64,000 nucleotides of DNA, from contig OZ286465.1 in NCBI GenBank assembly GCA_965644265.1, forward strand, positions 14,942,001-15,006,000. Direction: 5' to 3'. Under the pieces are notes generated by a model. That model was not told where the DNA came from and made no database searches. It worked only from the letters and a program-made list of their open reading frames with translations. Positions within the stretch are counted from its first letter, which is position 1; each line of letters starts with the position of its first letter. The stretch comes from Glycera tridactyla. Its lineage: Eukaryota. The position numbers and the translations under genes are program-made. Below are positions 56,880 through 64,000 of this stretch, in pieces.

Positions 56880-59100
56880 TCAATTCATCCTAAACATTGC
56901 ACCAGATCCAAAGAGAATTCTTCTCTTGTGAAGATTATTTCTTGTTCTTATTCCGGACATAAGTAGTAGGTTTGTGCGTGGTATTTATTCTCATGAGCAG
57001 CTAGGTCCCGAGTAGGGGAATCTACTACATGTATTCAGTGTCATCACATAATTTTGCCGCATGAGGTGCATCCAGAAATGCATGAATGGAATCCTAAATA
57101 TGAACTTTCATGTCTTCCATTCCATTGCGGTCCAGAAGTTTGATATGCCTGCTGATGTCAGTCTGCTGTTTGGGGTCTTTTGATTGGATTGTGTTCATAT
57201 GGGCTTGGGTTCGGTCCATACATCTTAGTTTCGTCCTACCAACATACTGTTTCTTGCATTTTTTCGCATGAAATGCAGTATATCAAGTTGGTACTTTTGC
57301 AGGTCACATTTTTTCCAGAAATATAACTTTTGCCAGTGGAAGAACTGTTAATTCTTCCAGATCTGTCCAGAATTGCACAATATCTGCAGCTTTTGGTATT
57401 GCATCTATTTCTAGTTTCATAGTTAAAGCCCCTCGACTTCGTCCGTAGGTGTGGTGAGCTCAGTTTGGCCCATACTAGACTATTTCTGAGATTCTTTGGA
57501 CGTTGGCACCCATGAATAATACGTATAGTTTGCTGAGTCTTTTCATAGGGCTAGATCGACTCGAAACGCCCCATTTGTTTGTTCACCATGTTCTTGACTC
57601 CTGTGAATCCTGGTGCATAATTGGTGTAGAGGAAGATGGTTTCGTCTTCCTTCTTGGATTCCTTCCTTGGTTCGAAGAGGTCTCTCCTGTCCAACTAGAA
57701 CCCGTCTGAAGGCATTTCTGAGTTGTCTTTTCGGATAGCCCCTTTCGATAAAATGAAAAGGTATCACCTGGCTATGTCGGACAATGTCTGGTTCATTGCT
57801 ACAGATCCTTTTCAATCACAGGTATTGGTTATATGGCAAACTTGTCTTATTATGTTCAGGATGTGCTGAATCATAATGAAGGCAGTTGTAACTATAAGTA
57901 GGCTTACAATATAGGTCCGTCCAAATGACACCATCCTGCAGATGCACGCTGATATCAAGAAAGGGCACATATTCCTTTGCGACTTCTGATGTAAATGTGA
58001 TGCTTTTGTGGCAAGCGTTTGGGTATGCCACAAACTTATGCCATTTTCTTGATCATGGCTGCAGCCCAGAAGACAATCATCCCTACAGATATCTGATGGA
58101 GAAATCTGCGGCCAGGTCGTGGCTATAGAGGAACTTTTCTTCATGTTCGCCATGAATACATTCACTCGGCTGGGTGCTATTTGTGTGCCCATGGCTGTGC
58201 CTCCGATTTGGAGGTAGTTGTTCCCATTAAATTAGAAGTTGTTGAATTCCAAGATGAAGCTTAAGACTCCGTGTTCGGCTTCTCTGATCGATGAATAGAG
58301 TAAATCGAGTTGGGATGTACGTGGGTTACTGAAGAACAAATACTGGCCAGTGTTAAGGGTGATTTCCCCACCCTGCACCATTTTTTATGTGTTTTCCAAT
58401 TATTCCATTGTGATAATTAGCCAGGCATTCCTCGACTGGTTTGTGAAAATTGACATCTGAAAGTTGGCATTGGCCCTCAGCAGGGTAGTCATCATGGTTG
58501 AGGATTACCACCCTTGTCAGCCAGTCTGATGATGATATCGGGGTTTTGTTCCAATTCCTTGATGGCTGATCTCCACCGATATGTTATATTTGGATGGTGC
58601 ATGTAGCTTCAATAAACTGAGAATAAGTTCATTGTACATCTGGAATGCTTCAAGTGATACTGGGGGATTGCAGGGTGGCTCCCATGTTGACTGGATCCAG
58701 GTTCAGCCCCAGACGGTCGGACATATTGAAATTCCAGAAAAGCTCCTCCAGCTGTTTTATGCTCAGTTTTCCTGAGTTTGTCTTCGTCAAAGAATTCTTG
58801 AAGTGTGAGGAGTCTGAAATTAGAGGTTGACAACACTGGGTGCAACATTTTCGAAAAAGAAAACATGTTAGATATATAAGTTTCATGCTTCTTTTCATTA
58901 TTAAGCGCCACAGTGTTTTCAGAAAGGTTGCTGTCTGTTTTCGTATGATTGTGATTATTGTTCGTGTTCTGAAAGCCATGGTCCATCGGAGATGGCTCCT
59001 GTTAGTCCAAAATGGGTGATTGAGATGAGCATGTGTTGTTATTTTGCCAGGGCCCTTTACCCAGTCGTATTATCGACGGCACTTGTGGGAAACACTATTT
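56880..59100 (-). mobile_element. Decayed Penelope-like retrotransposon: RT + GIY-YIG endonuclease
   Basis: Frameshifted motifs in order on the minus strand: ADKGG, NNF.FNGNNYLQIGGTAMGTQIAPS..NVFMAN, DD, HKSITFTSE..VPFLD..TDLYCKPT..LHYDSAHPEHNKTSLPYNQYL, KRICS..RGYP, then NVTCKSTNLIYCISC-KCKKQYVGRTK (GIY-YIG). Confidence 0.9.
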
Positions 59101-60757
59101 TTCATGTCATGTGTCTGTCAATAGTGATATGATCCAAGGTTATGTTGCGAACCCTTTAGGCTAAGTACAATGGGAACAAATGTTTCAATAGCTCTGCCGT
59201 GTTGTAATCCATTGATCTGCATCTCTATATGGATGCCGCTTTCAAGGACTGTGGAGGCTACTTGGGAAGGCATGATTTCAAATACCTCTCTCTGAACTAA
59301 GTATCATATTACCTACCTGGAATTGATTCCGATTGTGGTGGCTGTATCTACTTTTGCACCTGCTCTAGCCAACAAGCTTCTTTGTTTTCACACTTACAAC
59401 TAAGCGCTTTTGTCATTCATTAGGTGTAGAACACCTCGTGACAAAAACGTCTTGTGTGTCAGACAACTTGTCGTTTCGTGCCTTAGCACCAATGTCAAGT
59501 TCAGAGAACATGTCCCTGGAATTTAGAAGAATATCGCTGGCGCATTCTCACATTTTCTCATGAGCTCGACGTATCAGCAAACAGCCAATTCATGTTGGAG
59601 GCCCGAGAAGATTCCATATTATTTCACAGAAGTGGACAGGCTTGTGACTGACTTTATTTTCAGTTGCATTGCTCGGTCCATGATGCAGATGTATTCTCGC
59701 GCTTGGGAAGGTTTCATAATTATCATCCCTTGTAGAAATCAATGGTTTACCTCCTAGTTTCCCGGACCAAGCATCCTTGTATTATTTAGTGTCAGTATTT
59801 TGGGACCTGTCATCTAGTACCATTCGGAGTATCTGCTCAGCGATTGCCTTTGGACACAAGGGTCATGACGTCCATGACCCCAAGAATTTTTCATAATTTC
59901 GAAATTGTTTATTGTTTTTTTTCTTCTAAAAACAAGCCAACTTCCGATAAGCACAACCCCAGCCATTTATTGAATGCTACCTTGTTGACCACACCTTCGA
60001 ATTAAAATTAACAAAACTTTTATCTTGACTCGTATTCACGTAGAATTCGTAATTAATCCCATTATAGCTTTATTCAACACATGCGAGAGGCAAAATAGCG
60101 CAAGCATCAACATATGTACAATACCCACCTATACCCAGGTTAGTATAGGTTTCACTCACGCACACATACACCCAGCATTTTCACCCATTCACACCACATT
60201 CATATCCAAAACAATGAACAATCCTACTCTTTTCTTACACACATGCATTCCAACCATTTTAGGTTAGTAAGCACTAAATCATCATTGCAGCTTCATGAGG
60301 AATCTGCAAATGAGGAAACTTATTATTGTGGGTGGGTCCTGGAGTCAGGGTCCTGATCCTGTCAGTTGTAGAACAGTGACGTGGAGGAGTCAAAGAAACT
60401 GAGCCACTGAGCCACCAAGGCAGGCTATGCATTTGCAGGTGCTGCATGTTTTAATTACACAAGTGGATCCACTATGATTGTTCTTAACATAGTTAAACAT
60501 AGATTTGAAACTCCGTGGGGGTATTTTCAGCATCTATCGCTTTATATACGAAGTGCACTTTCTACCTGCCTTACAGTTGTTGCATTTTGAATGATTGTAG
60601 TCTTCGAATTTAGCCACTCTCCCGAATCTCGGGGAGAGTGAATCTATTTTCGGGAGAGTGATTTTCCAAATCTACTTTCCCGACGGGAGAGTGGCTGAAA
60701 AAGGCTTTCGTGATGACTGGACTGACTGACTGACTGACGAATGTGCCTGTCGCTTAT

Positions 60758-63036
60758 CATACAGGGCTGCCCTTTGGAGAGGCGAGCTTTTTGATTCACC
60801 AGACACTTCGCAGGCCTATCTAGTTCTACTGAGAACAACAATGTTTGCTCCATTGAGTTGTCTCCATTGTCGTACAAATCGTATGTCGGGATTCCAGTTT
60901 GCATAAGATGCATTCCCTGTTTGCTAGATGTAGTTTGCCAGGCCCTATTTCGATTGATATACATGCGTCAGGTCAGAAATGACTGGGGGGAGAGAGAGTG
61001 CAAGCTCGAGCATCACCGGCGGGAGTCGGCGAGTGTGTGCAGTCGGGCGTGACTCCCGAATCTGACACTCAGGAGGCAGTTGCCCTGCTCGGGAGCATCT
61101 CCCAAGAGGGGCTCCTTTTAGATATAGATTATTAATTGTGTCACATGGTATTTTGAGTAACCAATAGGGTTTAGGTTCGGATTCTGCCCAGAGCAATGAT
61201 AGAGAGGTGTGGAGGCTGCTGGGATAGCAAAACCCCTTTTAAAAGGGCAAGGTTTTTGAAGGATTAAAGCACTTCGCCGTTGGGGTCAGGAGAGACTCCA
61301 CTACAGCAGCAGCAGACCTCTACACACCTCTACAGCTCTGGGCTCTAATAATCATCTGTACTTGCACACTGGTTTATGCCCAATAAATGGATACACGTTA
61401 CTGGGATGCTGCCTTTGAGTATTCCCCTACTAGGATCCCGAAGTCGGGCCACCCAGGCCTGATACATGGGTTCCCTGGTTCTCTATCCACTCAAATTCAG
61501 TGGTAAAATGTCAAGTTGTTAATCCTTGTCAGTAGTACTCATCTCGCAGTTTTCGTATCGGTGCCGGTAGTGATTTTGTTGAGTTGGGTGCCTTGCTTAT
61601 GGCGTGGTCCCACTGCGGTCAAGTTCGTTTCCGTGGGAGGAAAGTCAAAAATTCATTACGAAAATGTGCTGTCAACCGCCGTCAGTGTCCGTCAAATCGC
61701 AGTCTCCACATTTCTTTCGTCGTTTTTTTTGCGTAGGATTGGGATTGATGGCGTGAAGCGCGGACATTCATGGACATAAGCGGTCATTTCAGGANNNNNN
61801 NNNNNNNNNNNNNNNNNNNNNNNNNNNNNNNNNNNNNNNNNNNNNNNNNNNNNNNNNNNNNNNNNNNNNNNNNNNNNNNNNNNNNNNNNNNNNNNNNNNN
61901 NNNNNNNNNNNNNNNNNNNNNNNNNNNNNNNNNNNNNNNNNNNNNNNNCAACCACCTATCCAACCTCCCTACCAACCAACCAACCGACCAAGCAACCAAC
62001 CACGCACCCAACCAACCAACCAACCAATCCTCCCACAAACCAACCAGCCTCCCCACCAACCAACCAACCACCTGGCCAACCAATCTTCCAACAAACCATC
62101 AACCCAACCAACCAACAAACCATTCTACCTACAAACCAACCAACCAACCAACAAAACTTCCCACCAACCAGCCAACCTCACCACCAACCAACCAACCTCA
62201 CCACCAACCAACCAGCCTTTCCAGCAACGACCCAACCAACGAACGAACCTTTCAACCAACCAACCAACCTTCCCACCAACCAACTAACCAACCAACCAAC
62301 CAACCACTCACCCACCCACCCACCCACCCACTCACCCAACCAACCAACTAACCACCCAATCAACCAACATTCCGACCACCAGCCAACCTCCCCACCAACC
62401 AACCAACCTCCCCCCCCCACCAACCAACCCACCAACAAACCTTTAAATCAACCAACCAATGTTCCCACCAACCAACTTATCAACCACTCAACCAACCAAC
62501 CACCTATCCAACAAAACATACAGGGCTGCCCTTTGGAGAGGCGAGCTTTTTGATTCACCGGACACTTCGCAGGCCTATCTAGTTCTACTGAGAACAACAA
62601 TGTTTGCTCCATTGAGTTGTCTCCATTGTCGAACAAATCGTATGTCGGGATTCCAGTTTGCATAAGATGCATTCCCTGTTTGCTAGATGTAGTTTGCCAG
62701 GCCCTATTTCGATTGATATACATGGGTTTCCTGGTTCTCTATCCACTCAAATTCAGTGGTAAAATGTCAAGTTGTTAATCCTTGTCAGTATTACTCATCT
62801 CGCAATTTACGTATTGGTGCCTTTAGTGATTTTGTTGAGTTGGGTGCCTTGCTTATGGCGTGGTCCCACTGCGGTCAAATTCGTTTCCGTGGGAGGAAAG
62901 TCAAGAATTCATCATGAAAATGTGCCGTCAACCGCCGTCAGTGTCCGTCAAATCACAGTCTTCACATTTCTTTCGTCGTATTTTTTCTGCGTAGGATTAG
63001 GATTGACGGCGTGAAGCGTGGCCATTCGTGGACGTG
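60758..63036. repeat. Tandem duplication: 60758-60965 + 61469-61794 corresponds to 62517-63036
   Basis: Direct sequence match (cagggctgccctttggagaggcgag...; ggttYcctggttctctatccactc...); each copy is followed by an N gap and a CCAA array. Confidence 0.9.
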
Positions 63037-64000
63037 NNNNNNNNNNNNNNNNNNNNNNNNNNNNNNNNNNNNNNNNNNNNNNNNNNNNNNNNNNNNNNNN
63101 NNNNNNNNNNNNNNNNNNNNNNNNNNNNNNNNNNNNNNNNNNNNNNNNNNNNNNNNNNNNNNNNNNNNNNNNNNNNNNNNNNNNNNNNNNNTCCAACCAC
63201 CTAACCAACCTCCCTACCAACCAACCAACCGACCAAGCAACCAACCACGCACCCAACCAACCAACCAACCAACCAATCCTCCCACAAACCAACCAGCCTC
63301 CTCACCAACCAACCAACCACCCGGCCAACCAATCTTCCAACAAACCAACAACCCAACCAACCAACCAACCATTCTCCCCACAAACCAACCAACCAACCAA
63401 CAAAACTTCCCACCAACCAGCCAACCTCCCCACCAACCAACCAACCTCCCCACCAACCAACCAACCAACCTTCCCACCAACGACCCAACCAACAGACGAA
63501 CCTTTCAACTAACCAAACAACCTTCCCACCAACCAACTAACCACCCAATCAACCAACATTCCGACCACCAGCCAACCTCCCCACCAACCAACAAACCTCC
63601 CCACCAACCAACCAACCAACCAACCAACAAACCTTTCAACCAACCAACCAACGTTCCCACCAATCAACTTATCAACCAATCAACCAACCAACCAACCAAC
63701 CACCCACCCACCTGCCCAACCAACCAACCAACCAACTAACAAACCACCCAATCAACCAACCTTCCGACCACCAACCAACACACAGCCGACCAACCAACCA
63801 TCTCCCCACCAACTGAACAACCTCTCAGCCAACTAATCACCCAACCGACCAAACGACTTCCCCCAACCAACTAACCAACCAACCAACTTTCTCACCAACC
63901 AACCTCCTCACCAACCAACCTCCCAACCATCCAACTGACCACCCACCCACCCACTCAAGCAACTACCCACCAAACCTACCAAAAACCAAACTATCAACTG
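61949..64000. repeat. Degenerate (CCAA)n arrays (61949-62516 and 63192-64000)
   Basis: Directly visible; the two arrays share variant patterns. Confidence 0.95.

Larger units (their letters stand above)
487..63191. other. Assembly gaps (N): 487-633, 948-1081, 2043-2176, 4906-5042, 8305-8487, 37444-37616, 41020-41337, 61795-61948, 63037-63191
   Basis: Runs of n, mostly next to simple repeats. Confidence 1.

Noticed and set aside
61770-63739. PTNQ-rich and GWLV-rich ORFs
   Set aside because: Translations of (CCAA)n arrays.

Overview
This is animal (eukaryotic) genomic DNA from a draft assembly with nine N-gaps; an invertebrate origin is an inference from the repeat content. Most of the window (about 2.7-49.5 kb, + strand) is one multi-exon gene that I identify as CCDC66, a centriolar-satellite/ciliary coiled-coil protein of the CSPP1 family. 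I assembled 19 coding exons by hand from GT-AG sites. Their phases join into one open frame of 4978 nt (about 1660 aa); the start-codon exon was not located. The protein has a large N-terminal expansion with six copies of a Trp-containing helical motif, three of them on a symmetric 1404-nt exon, plus a candidate 9-nt microexon. The introns hold TA-flanked Tc1/mariner-type MITEs, hAT-like MITEs, four minisatellites (52, 45, 60 and 41 bp units) and a repetitive element with a dense cluster of RFX X-box-like motifs. Downstream of the gene are a CpG-rich promoter-like patch, a TTAA-flanked Kolobok-like element, decayed Penelope-like retroelements (RT + GIY-YIG) and a tandem duplication with (CCAA)n arrays whose copies differ by a 503-bp LTR-like segment. 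I found no prokaryotic systems, CRISPR arrays, rRNA or tRNA genes. Comparisons to human proteins are from memory and need a database check.
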